This document shows, in pieces, positions 29,770 to 39,475 of a stretch of DNA of 41,538 nucleotides; positions within the stretch are counted from its first letter, which is position 1; the number at the start of each line of letters is the position of its first letter. Position numbers and translations under genes: made by a program. The stretch is from Thermoplasmatales archaeon SW_10_69_26 (GTDB lineage: Archaea > Thermoplasmatota > SW-10-69-26): NCBI GenBank assembly GCA_003009755.1, contig PXUB01000020.1:1-41538 (forward strand), read 5' to 3'. Under the pieces are notes generated by a model that searched no databases, was not told the DNA's origin, and saw only the letters and a program-made list of their open reading frames with translations.

Positions 29770-31524
29770 TCACGTGCTCCAGGGGACCTGGCCGCGCTCG
29801 GGCGCCGGCTCGAACCCGGGATCGTCGAGATCCGTGAACGACAGCTGGGCCGGGTCCTCGCCGCCGAGCTGCACCTCGTAGGTGGGGCTGAACGGCGACG
29901 GGTGGATCCAGTCGGGCGCCTCGGGTCGCAGCTCGAGCCTCAGGCGGTGGTCCTCGGGCACGAAGCTGTTCATCGGGAAGAACTGCATCTCGACGGACAC
30001 GAACTGGTCCTGCGGGACGGGGGTGCGGGCGTCGCGCGTCTGCCGGTGGGCCAGGTTGAGGATGGCGTGGCCCAGCCACTTGGGCCCGTCCTCGGCGTCC
30101 TCGTCGTAGAGGTCGGCGACGAGGTGGCCGTCGGGCTGGTCGATGGCGACGTCGAGCGAGAGCGTAGGTCGGCCCGTGACCAGCGTGTCCTCCGCGAGCG
30201 GGTCCGAGGTGAATCGCAAGGACTCGGGGCCGCGGGCTTGCTCGGCGTCGGTGGGCGCTTCGGTGGCCGCGTTCGAGGGGTCCTTGGCCATGCGGCGGAC
30301 CTCGCTGGGCGGCGCCTCGTCCATCAGGCGGCCGTCGCCGGCGAGGAACAGCTGGCGGGGCTCGCGGTCCTCGGGCGGCCACGTGTCCGCGCGGTACCAG
30401 TGGCCGGCGTCGTCCTGCACGAGCACGGGTTCGCGCTCGGTGACGCCGTTGTCGACGCCCTTGAGCCATCGGTCGAACCAGGCCACCATCGTCATGTTCC
30501 AGTCGTGGCGCGACCAGTCCTCGTTGTAGGTGTTGGCGAAGGGGATGTTGTGCTCCCACTGCCCGATCCAGGTCTTCGAGTTCGCGGGCAGATCGTCGAC
30601 GAGGGGGACGCCGTTGTCGGGGTCGACGTTCCAGTCCTGGAAGCCGTGGACGAGGAACACCGGCACGTCGACCTGGTCGAGCTGGGCCTCGTACTCGCGC
30701 TCGTCCCAGAACTCGTCGTGCGTGCCGACGGCCATCGTCTCGTAGCCCTTCTCGATGCGATCGGCGGCGCCCGGGCAGAAGGCGTCCAGGGGCGGGAGCA
30801 GGTGCTGGGGGCCCTCGGCGTTCCCTGGCACGAGGGTCCAGTCGACGAGCGCCGTGTAGTATGTCGGGAACGCGGGCCCGTGCGTGTACGAGGCCCCGTC
30901 GACGTGGTCGTAGCGGTACATGTCCGAGATGCCCTGCATCGGGACCACGGTCTTCAGCCCGGGCGGGTCGGTGATCGCGGCTTGCCAGGGCGTGGTGCCC
31001 GGGTAGGAGATCCCGATCATGCTGACGTTGCCGTTCGACCAATCCGCCTCGTGGTAGTGCTTCACGATGTCGTGGGCGTCCTGGATCTCGTCCTCGCCGC
31101 CGAGCTGGAAGCAGCCCTCCGAGTAGCCGGTACCGCGCACGCTGGCGTGCACGACGGTGTAACCGCGCTCGACGAGCACCTGGGTCCAGTAGGAGCCGTG
31201 CTGGGCCTGCGGTTCGGCGTCGAGGTTGCCGAAGTAGGGCGACAGCTGGATGACGACGGGCGTCTCGCCGGAGGCGTTGGGATGGTACTCGGCGGTGTGG
31301 ATCTGCGTCCCGTCGTGGGTGGGGAGGAACGTCTCGACCATGCGATCGAGCTCGTGCACCGGCTGGCTGAGCTCGCCGGGCTCGACCGGGCCGGTGAACG
31401 CCCCGGCGGGATCGGTCGCCTCGACCGAGGCCTCGTCCAGCTCCCCGTCGGAGCTGGGCACCCCGATGCAGCCGCTCGTGACCATCGCCAGCGCCAGCAG
31501 GACCGCGAGACCGCGTTCGAGCAC
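29770..31524 (-). CDS. CocE/NonD (peptidase S15) family hydrolase, probable lipoprotein
   Basis: Lipobox-like VTSGC, SPY, RGTGYSEG, nucleophile GISYPG, HGFQDWNV and GQWEH. Confidence 0.92.
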   Translation of the reverse strand: MLERGLAVLLALAMVTSGCIGVPSSDGELDEASVEATDPAGAFTGPVEPGELSQPVHELDRMVETFLPTHDGTQIHTAEYHPNASGETPVVIQLSPYFGNLDAEPQAQHGSYWTQVLVERGYTVVHASVRGTGYSEGCFQLGGEDEIQDAHDIVKHYHEADWSNGNVSMIGISYPGTTPWQAAITDPPGLKTVVPMQGISDMYRYDHVDGASYTHGPAFPTYYTALVDWTLVPGNAEGPQHLLPPLDAFCPGAADRIEKGYETMAVGTHDEFWDEREYEAQLDQVDVPVFLVHGFQDWNVDPDNGVPLVDDLPANSKTWIGQWEHNIPFANTYNEDWSRHDWNMTMVAWFDRWLKGVDNGVTEREPVLVQDDAGHWYRADTWPPEDREPRQLFLAGDGRLMDEAPPSEVRRMAKDPSNAATEAPTDAEQARGPESLRFTSDPLAEDTLVTGRPTLSLDVAIDQPDGHLVADLYDEDAEDGPKWLGHAILNLAHRQTRDARTPVPQDQFVSVEMQFFPMNSFVPEDHRLRLELRPEAPDWIHPSPFSPTYEVQLGGEDPAQLSFTDLDDPGFEPAPERGQVPWST

Positions 31525-31585
31525 CGCGAGGCAAGGCCTCGCACGGGGCCATAAATCTTCTTGCGGACGAGGCGTTCGGTGGACG

Positions 31586-32053
31586 ATGAGCGACGACGCC
31601 CAGCACTGGCTCGTGAAGGAGAGCCCGTCCAGCTTCTCGATCGAGGACTTCGCGGAGAAGGGCTCGACGCCCTGGTACGGGGTGCGCAACTACGAGGCGC
31701 GCAACAACATGCAGGCGATGGAGGAAGGCGACCTCGTCCTGTACTACCACTCGAGCGCGAGCCCGCCGGGCGTCGTCGGTCTGGCCCGCGTCGCAGAGGC
31801 GGCCTACCCCGACCCGACGCAGTTCGACGAGGACAGCCCCTACTACGACGAGGACGCCACCGAGGACGACCCGACGTGGTACCGCGTGGACCTGGCCTAC
31901 GAGGCGACCTTCGACCGCAAGGTGCCTCTCAAGGAGATCAAGGCCGAGGACCAGCTGCAGGACATGACGCTGGTCAACCGCTCGCGGCTGTCCGTGCAGC
32001 CCGTCGAGGCCGACGAGTACGAGCTCGTGCGCGAGATGGCGAACGCGGATTGA
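31586..32053 (+). CDS. EVE domain protein
   Basis: WLVK..P..FSI, WYGVRNYEARN, GDLVLYYHS, AYPDPTQFD and SRLSVQPV. Confidence 0.95.
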   Translation: MSDDAQHWLVKESPSSFSIEDFAEKGSTPWYGVRNYEARNNMQAMEEGDLVLYYHSSASPPGVVGLARVAEAAYPDPTQFDEDSPYYDEDATEDDPTWYRVDLAYEATFDRKVPLKEIKAEDQLQDMTLVNRSRLSVQPVEADEYELVREMANAD

Positions 32054-32248
32054 CGACCGGTTGCGCACTACCGAACGCGACGCCCAGCCCGGCGAGCCGC
32101 GATGTCGGCGGCGACCGCGACGACGATCGTCGCCAGCGGTGGAGGCGTGACGCGGAGGATGATGCACCCAGCCCCGAAGTATTTGTAGCGGGGGTGGGGG
32201 AGGTGGAGGAAGCGACCGAGCCCACGCTCGGCGCGAGAGGAAACCACC

Positions 32249-33022
32249 ATGGGCCCAGGGACCCCGAGCGGACGAACGAAGCAACACGAGGAGCCGGGCG
32301 TCGAGTCGACGAAGGCCGCGCTGACCGGCGACCTCGAGGTCGACCTCGAGCCCGACGACGTGTGGACGCTCGGCCAGCTCATCGAGGCCGACGTGGCCAG
32401 CTTCCCCCCAGGGATCGCGCAGGAGATCGTGACCGGCTACCGGATCCTGCAGGGAGCCGGCTACCAGCCGGCCGGCGACACCGAGGTCCAGCTGCAGGGC
32501 GCCGGCGACGCGACCGGCCTGCCGTTGCCGGAGGGGGCCCTCGACGAGGACGAGGGTAGCATCTTCTCCCGCCAGATCGTGGTCACCGAGCTGACCGAGA
32601 CCGAGCCGGCCGAGGAGGAGGCAGAGACCGAGCCCGCCGCGCCCACGCGTCAGGAGGCTGCCGGTGCCGGGGGCCAGCCGGCGGCTGGGGCCGCCCCCGT
32701 GGCCGGGGAGCAGGCCGAGCGCCTGGCCGACGCCGTCGAGCAGCTGGCCGAGGGACTCGAGCGCTCGGCCGCCGACCTCACGCAGGACACCCAGGCCGCC
32801 ACCGACACCCAGGTGGTCCCAGCCACGGACACGCGGCTGGCGAGGGTGACCGTGGACTGGGCGTTGATCGGGCTGGGGCTGACCGTCTCGACGATGTTCG
32901 TCATCGCGGCCGGGTTCCTGGCCGATCCCGTGTTCGCCATCCTCGGCCTGGCGCTGCTCGGGTTCGCCGCCTTCCAGTCCTACCCCTACCTCGCCGACAC
33001 CGACCGAGGTGATCGCCCGTGA
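32249..33022 (+). CDS. Hypothetical membrane protein (two C-terminal TMs)
   Basis: Acidic soluble region followed by two hydrophobic helices. SD-like GAGGTGA at the 3' end couples it to the next gene. Confidence 0.75.
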   Translation: MGPGTPSGRTKQHEEPGVESTKAALTGDLEVDLEPDDVWTLGQLIEADVASFPPGIAQEIVTGYRILQGAGYQPAGDTEVQLQGAGDATGLPLPEGALDEDEGSIFSRQIVVTELTETEPAEEEAETEPAAPTRQEAAGAGGQPAAGAAPVAGEQAERLADAVEQLAEGLERSAADLTQDTQAATDTQVVPATDTRLARVTVDWALIGLGLTVSTMFVIAAGFLADPVFAILGLALLGFAAFQSYPYLADTDRGDRP

Positions 33023-33270
33023 CGCGCGAGAGCCCAGCCCCCGAGCCGGTGGCCGGCACGGAGATGCCCCTGCGCCACGCCGGCACGTTCTTCGTGTTCT
33101 GCGTGGCCGGCGCGGTGATCGTCGCGTTGGTCACCGGTGATCCCTCGCTGCTGTGGGCCTACGTCGGCGCGTTCACGCTGACCGTGGCGATCGGGGTCGG
33201 GCTGGCGTTGCGCGCCGACCAACACAACCGATCGCTGGCCGCCCGCCGCTCACAGCCGCCGCTGCCGTAG
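33019..33270 (+). CDS. Small two-TM membrane protein
   Basis: GTGA overlap with the upstream gene; two hydrophobic segments. Confidence 0.7.
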   Translation: MTRESPAPEPVAGTEMPLRHAGTFFVFCVAGAVIVALVTGDPSLLWAYVGAFTLTVAIGVGLALRADQHNRSLAARRSQPPLP

Positions 33271-33356
33271 GCGATCAATCGAGGCGCGTCGTGGTGGGTG
33301 ACCCCACGTTGCCATCAAGCAAGGACTTATGTAGCAGCCGCGAGCGTCTTCGGAGC

Positions 33357-33647
33357 GTGAGCGAGGCGGCGCTCGAGTCCCCTGGTCTGACGCCGAGCCC
33401 TCCGGAGGGGCTGCCCCCTTCGTCACAGGAGGTCTTCGAGCTGCTGGCGCTGGAAGGCCCCATGACGCACCGGGAGCTCGTCGAGCACACCGAGATGCCC
33501 GCCCGCACGGTCCGGTACGCCGTGCGGCGCCTGAAGGAGGCCGACTGTCTGGGGGAGCGCGTCAACCTCAAGGACTGCCGCCAGCGGTTCTTCTTCGTGA
33601 AACGCGAGGCGTCGGCCGAGGGCGGCTCGGCGCGGGCCGCGATCTGA
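33357..33647 (+). CDS. Archaeal winged HTH (MarR-like) regulator
   Basis: LPPSSQEVFELL..EGPMTHREL..T.MPARTVRYAVRRL...DCRQ. Confidence 0.88.
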   Translation: MSEAALESPGLTPSPPEGLPPSSQEVFELLALEGPMTHRELVEHTEMPARTVRYAVRRLKEADCLGERVNLKDCRQRFFFVKREASAEGGSARAAI

Positions 33648-33650
33648 GCC

Positions 33651-34859
33651 TCAGCCGGCGACGGCGGTGCGGATCTCCGCGAGCGTGTCGAGGATCGTCT
33701 CGACCTCGTGCATCGTGTTGTAGGCGTACAGCGAGGCCCGGCACGAGCCGCCGAGGCCGCGAGCGTTGAACCAGCTGTCGAGGCAGTGCAGGCCGGCGCG
33801 CACGCAGACGTCGGCCTCGTCCTCGAGCACGACGGCCAAATCGTGGATGTCCAACCCGTCCATCGCGAAGGACACGATGCCGTTGCCCTTGGCCTCCGGC
33901 GCGCCGTACACATCGCAGCCCAGCGCCTCGATGCCCTCCTGCAGACGCCGGGACAGCTTCTCCTCGTGGTCGCTGACCGCGGCCCGGTCCATCTCCTCGA
34001 GGTAGGTCAGCGCGGCGTGGGTGGCTTGGATGCCGGCGAAGTCCTGCAGCCCGGCCTCGAAGCGGCCCGGTGCATCCAGCAGCTCGTGGTCGGTCAACGT
34101 CGTCGATTCGATCGTGGCGCCGCCGGCGACGAGCGGGTCCATCTCGTCGAGGATCTCGGCCCGGCCCCACAGGACGCCGACGCCGGTGGGCCCCATCGCC
34201 TTGTGGACGCTGAACGCGAACAGATCGACGCCCAGCTCGGCGACGTCGACGGGGACGTGGGGGGCCGACTGGGCGCCGTCGGCGAGCACGAGCGCGTCGT
34301 GGTCGTGGGCGATCTCGGCGACGGCCTGCATCGGGGTGATGTAGCCGTCGAGGTTGCTCATGTGCACGAGGCTGACCAGGGAGACGTCGCCCTCCTCCAT
34401 GCGGGCCTTGTACGCCTCGAGGTCGAAGGCCCCCTGCTCGGTCGAGCCCACGGCCTCGTGGTGGACGCCCCCCTCGGCCAGTCGTTGGGCCGGGACCAGC
34501 CCGCTGTTGTGCTCGCGGTCGCTGGTGAGCACCGTGGAACCGGTGGGCAGGTCCAGGCCCTTCGCGGCGAGGTTCATCGCCTCCGTCGTGTTCCGGGTGA
34601 ACACGCACTCGTCGGCGCTGTCGGCGCCGAGGAAGGAGGCCACGGTCGCTCGCGAGCGCTGCACCGCCTCGTCGACCTCGCCGGCCAGGCGGTAGGTCGA
34701 GCGGCCGGCGCACACCGGCGTCTGCTCGTAGTAGCGGTTCAGCTCCTCGATCACCGGGTCGGGCTTGAGCGTCATGCAGGCGTTGTCGACGTAGATCGGC
34801 GGCTCGTCGTCCTGCAGCAGCGGGATGTCCTCGCGGACGTCGTGGGGATCGAAGCTCAC
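33651..34859 (-). CDS. Cysteine desulfurase-like, SufS-type (class V aminotransferase)
   Basis: YVDNAC, FTRNTTEA, EHNS, DGAQS, SVHK (PLP lysine), RFEAG and RAGLHC. Confidence 0.93.
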   Translation of the reverse strand: MSFDPHDVREDIPLLQDDEPPIYVDNACMTLKPDPVIEELNRYYEQTPVCAGRSTYRLAGEVDEAVQRSRATVASFLGADSADECVFTRNTTEAMNLAAKGLDLPTGSTVLTSDREHNSGLVPAQRLAEGGVHHEAVGSTEQGAFDLEAYKARMEEGDVSLVSLVHMSNLDGYITPMQAVAEIAHDHDALVLADGAQSAPHVPVDVAELGVDLFAFSVHKAMGPTGVGVLWGRAEILDEMDPLVAGGATIESTTLTDHELLDAPGRFEAGLQDFAGIQATHAALTYLEEMDRAAVSDHEEKLSRRLQEGIEALGCDVYGAPEAKGNGIVSFAMDGLDIHDLAVVLEDEADVCVRAGLHCLDSWFNARGLGGSCRASLYAYNTMHEVETILDTLAEIRTAVAG

Positions 34860-34937
34860 CGTGGGTCCCTCCAGGCCCCAAGGGGCCAGAGCACACGCCG
34901 GTTAGCGCCGCGGGGCCTTCAACCTGCTGGCGGGGCC

Positions 34938-35225
34938 TCAGCTCTCGGCCAGCGCAGCGAGGATGGCGCGGGCCGCCTCCTCGGCCTCGCCCTGGTCGTC
35001 GGTCTTGGCCAGCAGGCGGCCGGATTCGAACACGGAGACCTCGCAGGGGCCGGGATCGACGACGAGCAGCACGCCCGCGTCGGTCACGATCTCCACGCCG
35101 GCGTCCGCCAGCCGCTGGCTCTCGGTGGAGAGATCGAGCTCGCGGGCGTCCTCCGGGGTGACCTCGTAGCCGCCCTTGCCCGAGCACAGTTCGACCGTGT
35201 GACCGGCCAGCGGGTCGGGGCCCAT
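34938..35225 (-). CDS. Small hypothetical protein resembling the C-terminal domain of long MoeB/ThiF proteins
   Basis: ELCSGK..YEVTP...LDL...VSVFESGRLLAKTDD..EA; same strand and immediately upstream of the desulfurase. Confidence 0.65.
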   Translation of the reverse strand: MGPDPLAGHTVELCSGKGGYEVTPEDARELDLSTESQRLADAGVEIVTDAGVLLVVDPGPCEVSVFESGRLLAKTDDQGEAEEAARAILAALAES

Positions 35226-35673
35226 CGAAGTCGTCTGAGGAGGCCATGGGCCTTCAAGCTACGGGGAGGCCTCGACCCGCGGAGCGCGGGCTACTCCTCG
35301 AGCTCTCTCACTCGCGCCGGACGAAAGCGCGGATCCCTCGGCCTGCGATAACAGCGATCGTCTGGGGGGCTACGACGGACACTGCTGCCCCCCTTTTTGA
35401 TGAAAATTTCCTGGCCAACCGCTTGACGCGGATACCACGGAACCCGGAAATTTATCGAAGGAACGGGTTGCCCGGCGAGCGGGCCCCGACACGGGAGCGC
35501 TGGGGCTCGTAACCGGGGCTGTCGGCAGCGGCGGGCTCGCGCACGGCCTCGTCGAGATCGTTCACGCCGGGCATGGGTGGACTCCCCGTCCTCCCCCACC
35601 CCCTCAAGAACGGATATGGTACAGCCGTTCACCAGGAGTGGCGAACAGGCCACCTCAACGCTGAAGTACGCCC

Positions 35674-38082
35674 GTGGGTCTCCCTGGCGCGGGTGGCACA
35701 CTGAGGCGAGCCGTCACCGTCCTCCTGGCGCTCACGCTCGTGACCGTCCCGCAGGCGCTTGCCGGCACGTCCGGCGGCCAGGACGGTCCCGCCATCGACT
35801 GGTCCCCCGGGCCGGTCGTCCTCGCGAACGACGAGATCCGGTTCACGACCTCCGCCGACGCCGACGAGCTCGTGTGGCGGTTCCCGGACGGATCGCAGGC
35901 GACCGGGGCGAGCACGACGCACGCCTTCGACGAGCCGGGCGAGGCGACGGTCGAGCTCACGGCCGTGCGCGATGGCGAGCGGTCCACCACGAGGGCGACG
36001 GTGCCCGTGCAGGGCTCCTACCGCCAGGATCAGATCGTCAAGGAACAGGTCTTCGTCGAGACCTCGGGCCGGATGGACCTCGAGGCCGAGCACGCGGGCG
36101 AACAGCACGCGTCGACGAGCGACGCGGCCCCCGAGGACACCCCATTGGCGAACGACGACATCCTGATCGACGCCACGATCTACCACCCCGACCCGGACGT
36201 GGCCGAGGGCCCGTTCCCGGCGATGATGGCCACGCACGGCTGGGGTGGCCACAAGTCCCAGTACGAGGGCTACGGCGGCTCGTTCGCCGAGGAGGGCGTG
36301 GGCGCCTACGCGCAGGAGGGCTACGTCGGCGTCGTGTACAACACGCGCGGCACCGCGAACTCGACCGGCTACCAGCGGGCCTACGACCCCCAGCAGGAGA
36401 TGCAGGACGCCCGCGATGTCCTGACGTGGCTGGCCGACAACGACGCCCACGACGGCGACGTGTACTCCGGCCACGGGATGCGGTCGAACACGACCGTGGA
36501 CTTCGAGGTCGAGCTGGACGGTCCCGGCGACCCGCACGCGGGCATGTTCGGCCAGTCCAACGGCGGCATCACGACGCTGCTGCTCGCCGGCCAGGACGAC
36601 CGCCTGGACGCGGCCGCGCCCGGCGGTGTCTACCACAACCTCACGTTCTCGATGCTGCCCAACGGCGTGCCGAAGTCGGTGCTGATCGCCGGCATCGCCG
36701 CCGGCGCCGCTGCGAACGTCGGGGTCGAGCAGCTCCAGCGCGGCCACACCGAGGCGTTCGCGACGAACCCGGGTCTGTGGGGCACCGTCGACACCGAGAT
36801 CCCCAGTTGGATGGTGCAGGGCTTCACGGGCGCCGAGACCGACGTCCGCCAGGACTTCCGCGACCGGTCACCGATGACGTACAACGACGCCATCGACGTC
36901 CCCACGTTCCTCTCCCACGGCTGGATGGACCAGTTCTTCGAGCCGCCGAACCCGCTGCACAACTACCAGCAGATCGCCGAGAACCCCTACTTCTCGCAGT
37001 TGGAGGAGCCCGAGCGCGAGCGGCAGCTCAAGCTCGTGATGCAGCCGATGGGGCACGACTTCTACGAGCACAAGGTCCAGGACATGCGCGTGCCGTGGTT
37101 CGACCACTTCCTCAAGGGCCACGACCTCGACGACACCTACCACGGCGTCGTCGACCGCTACAACGGCGACAACCCCGAGGACGTGATCGACGAGCCCGCG
37201 GCCACGTACAGCCACGTCGTCGACCAGCCGCCGATCCTCTTCCACGAGGACCACCCCGACGACGAGCGCTGCGTCTCGATGGGCGTCCCCCAGGGCTGCA
37301 GCCACCCCGGCACCGAGTACGCCTGGTACGAGGAGGCCAGCCTCGAGGGCTGGATCGCCGACAGCCCCGACCACTGGCAGGACCCCTACACGGGCTTCCA
37401 CTACCGCGCCTACGACGACGCGATCTGGACACAGGACAGCCCCGAGCGGTTCCACCTGCGCGCCGACAACGGCCTCTCGCGGGAGGCCCCCAGCCAGTCG
37501 CTGCTCGCGCAACCCGACCGCGGCGACGTGATCGCCAACGTGCCCGGGCCCGGCTGGACGACGTGGAACCCGGCCAGCGACTTCCAGGGCACGCCCTGGG
37601 AGCAGCTCGACCACGCCCCCGCCGCCACCGTCAGCTACGAGAGCCCACCGCTGGCGGAGGATCTGACCGCGATCGGGCACGGCGAGGCCAACCTCGACGT
37701 CGTCGTCAGCGCCAACGGGCCGCTGGACTCCGGCACGGGCGACGTCCACTTCGTGGTGAAGGTCTGGGACGAGACCCCCGAGGGCGAGCGCGAGCTCGTG
37801 ACGCGCGGCTACCAGGCGATCGGGCTGGAAGACCGGATCGAGGATCCCAGCGCCGAGATCGCGCGCGAGGTCACGGTGCCGCTGTACTCGATGGATCGCG
37901 TGATCCCGGAGAACCACCGCCTCGTCGTCCAGGTCACGCACTCCGACATGACCTACGTCGCCCCCTCGCTCGTGCCGCACACGACGCTGATCCAGCACAC
38001 GCCCGAGAACCCCTCCTGGGTGGACCTGCCCACGCGGACCGACGCCGAGCTGGCGGAGGCCGCCTCGCCCGTCGCCGGGTGA
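35674..38082 (+). CDS. Exported PKD-domain + CocE/NonD (S15) family hydrolase
   Basis: Signal peptide, PKD-like WRFPDG...TTHAF..PG...VELT, THGWGG, NTRG, nucleophile GQSNGG, HGWMD and a C-terminal PepX-like domain. True start may be CTG 35701. Confidence 0.88.
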   Translation: MGLPGAGGTLRRAVTVLLALTLVTVPQALAGTSGGQDGPAIDWSPGPVVLANDEIRFTTSADADELVWRFPDGSQATGASTTHAFDEPGEATVELTAVRDGERSTTRATVPVQGSYRQDQIVKEQVFVETSGRMDLEAEHAGEQHASTSDAAPEDTPLANDDILIDATIYHPDPDVAEGPFPAMMATHGWGGHKSQYEGYGGSFAEEGVGAYAQEGYVGVVYNTRGTANSTGYQRAYDPQQEMQDARDVLTWLADNDAHDGDVYSGHGMRSNTTVDFEVELDGPGDPHAGMFGQSNGGITTLLLAGQDDRLDAAAPGGVYHNLTFSMLPNGVPKSVLIAGIAAGAAANVGVEQLQRGHTEAFATNPGLWGTVDTEIPSWMVQGFTGAETDVRQDFRDRSPMTYNDAIDVPTFLSHGWMDQFFEPPNPLHNYQQIAENPYFSQLEEPERERQLKLVMQPMGHDFYEHKVQDMRVPWFDHFLKGHDLDDTYHGVVDRYNGDNPEDVIDEPAATYSHVVDQPPILFHEDHPDDERCVSMGVPQGCSHPGTEYAWYEEASLEGWIADSPDHWQDPYTGFHYRAYDDAIWTQDSPERFHLRADNGLSREAPSQSLLAQPDRGDVIANVPGPGWTTWNPASDFQGTPWEQLDHAPAATVSYESPPLAEDLTAIGHGEANLDVVVSANGPLDSGTGDVHFVVKVWDETPEGERELVTRGYQAIGLEDRIEDPSAEIAREVTVPLYSMDRVIPENHRLVVQVTHSDMTYVAPSLVPHTTLIQHTPENPSWVDLPTRTDAELAEAASPVAG

Positions 38083-38121
38083 CCCCAAGCCTCAGGCGCG
38101 TGGGTGGCCTACCCCGATGCG

Positions 38122-39258
38122 ATGCGCCGCCCGCTCGCGTTCCTGCTTCTCCTCGTCGTCGTGGCCGGCTGCACCCAGGCTCCGCCGCCGACCGACGGGG
38201 ATCTGCCTCGCGTGGACGAGGCCGACCCGGACGAGATCGCCATCCTCGCTGGGGACCGCGACACGATCTGGGAGCTGGCCTTCGCGCCGGACGGGCGGGT
38301 GTTCTTCACCGAGCGCGGCGGCACGATCGGCGTGATCGCGAACGGCGAGGCGGAGACCTGGCGCGAGATGCCCCAGACCGTCGAGCGCGGCGAGTCGGGC
38401 CTGATGGGGCTGGCCTTGCATCCCGACTTCGAGGACGAGCCGTGGCTGTACGTCTGCCAGACGTACCGAGACGGAGACGACGCCTTGCGCAACCGCGTCG
38501 CCCGCGTCCCGGCCGACGACCGCGAGGCCGTCCCCGAGCCCGTCGTGCGCGGCATCGACGCCAGCCAGATCCACGACGGCTGCCGGCTCGGGTTCGGGCC
38601 CGAGGGGCTGTTGTACGTCACGATGGGCGACGCCGCCGACGCCTCGCGCGCCCAGGACGAGGGCAGCCGCAACGGCAAGGTGCTGGCCTACACCGCCGAG
38701 GGCGAGCCAGCCGGCGCCGGCGAGGAGGGCTGGCATCCGGCCGTGTTCACGATGGGCCACCGGAACCCGCAGGGCCTGGTCTTCCACCCCGACACGGGCA
38801 CGCCCTACGCGAGCGAGCACGGGCCCGAGAACCACGACGAGGTCAACCGGCTCCGCGAGGGCGCCAACCACGGCTGGCCCGAGGTCCGCGGCATGGACGA
38901 GGGCGGGGGCGCCTACGAGCCGGCGGTCTGGACCACGGGGCCCGACGCCGACGAGAACGTCGCCCCGGCCGGGGCCGCCTTCGTCGACCAGCCCAACAGC
39001 TCGCTGCACGGGGCCCTGCTCGTGGCGACGTTGAAACAGGCCCAGCTGCAGGTCCTCGAGATCGACGAGGCGGACGGCGAGGCCGAGGTGGTCGACGAGC
39101 ACGTGCTCTTCGACGAGCGCTTCGGTCGGCTGCGCGCCGCCGTCTGGGAAGACGATGCGCTGTACGTGTCGACGAGCAACCACGACGGGCGCGGCACGCC
39201 TGGGCCGACCGACGATCGGATCTTGCGCATCCCGTTGCCCGCGATCGAGGACGGGTAG
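38122..39258 (+). CDS. PQQ-dependent aldose sugar dehydrogenase (YliI/Asd-like) lipoprotein
   Basis: Lipobox VVAGC, FAPDGRVFFTER, GESGLMG, HDG.RL.FGP.G.LYVT.GD, GHRNPQG, EHGP and GANHGWP. Confidence 0.93.
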   Translation: MRRPLAFLLLLVVVAGCTQAPPPTDGDLPRVDEADPDEIAILAGDRDTIWELAFAPDGRVFFTERGGTIGVIANGEAETWREMPQTVERGESGLMGLALHPDFEDEPWLYVCQTYRDGDDALRNRVARVPADDREAVPEPVVRGIDASQIHDGCRLGFGPEGLLYVTMGDAADASRAQDEGSRNGKVLAYTAEGEPAGAGEEGWHPAVFTMGHRNPQGLVFHPDTGTPYASEHGPENHDEVNRLREGANHGWPEVRGMDEGGGAYEPAVWTTGPDADENVAPAGAAFVDQPNSSLHGALLVATLKQAQLQVLEIDEADGEAEVVDEHVLFDERFGRLRAAVWEDDALYVSTSNHDGRGTPGPTDDRILRIPLPAIEDG

Positions 39259-39260
39259 CC

Positions 39261-39428
39261 CGGGCTGTCTGGTTAAGCAGGGGCCGCGAGGGACACGAAG
39301 GATCGCCAAGGCCACGAAGGGCCTGTGACTCGCCGCCGGGCGGCTCTGTCACGGCAGCTGCTCCCCTTTGCACCCTGGCGTCCCCTCGCGTCCTTGGTGG
39401 TCCCCCCGTTTCTTATCCCTGCAGCGCG
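39261..39428. mobile_element. MITE-like element family A, copy 3 (168 bp)
   Basis: Ends CGGGCTGT...GCAGCGCG. 8-bp duplication GGGTAGCC (39253-39260 / 39429-39436) contains the upstream gene's TAG. Confidence 0.9.
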
Positions 39429-39475
39429 GGGTAGCCGGCAGGCAAGCCTTTCCGGGCGACCGGGCTAGGCCATCC

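Noticed and set aside
35230-35335. CTGAGGA plus hairpin and a later GAAA as a hammerhead ribozyme
   Set aside because: GAAA does not follow stem II, and stems I and III cannot be formed.
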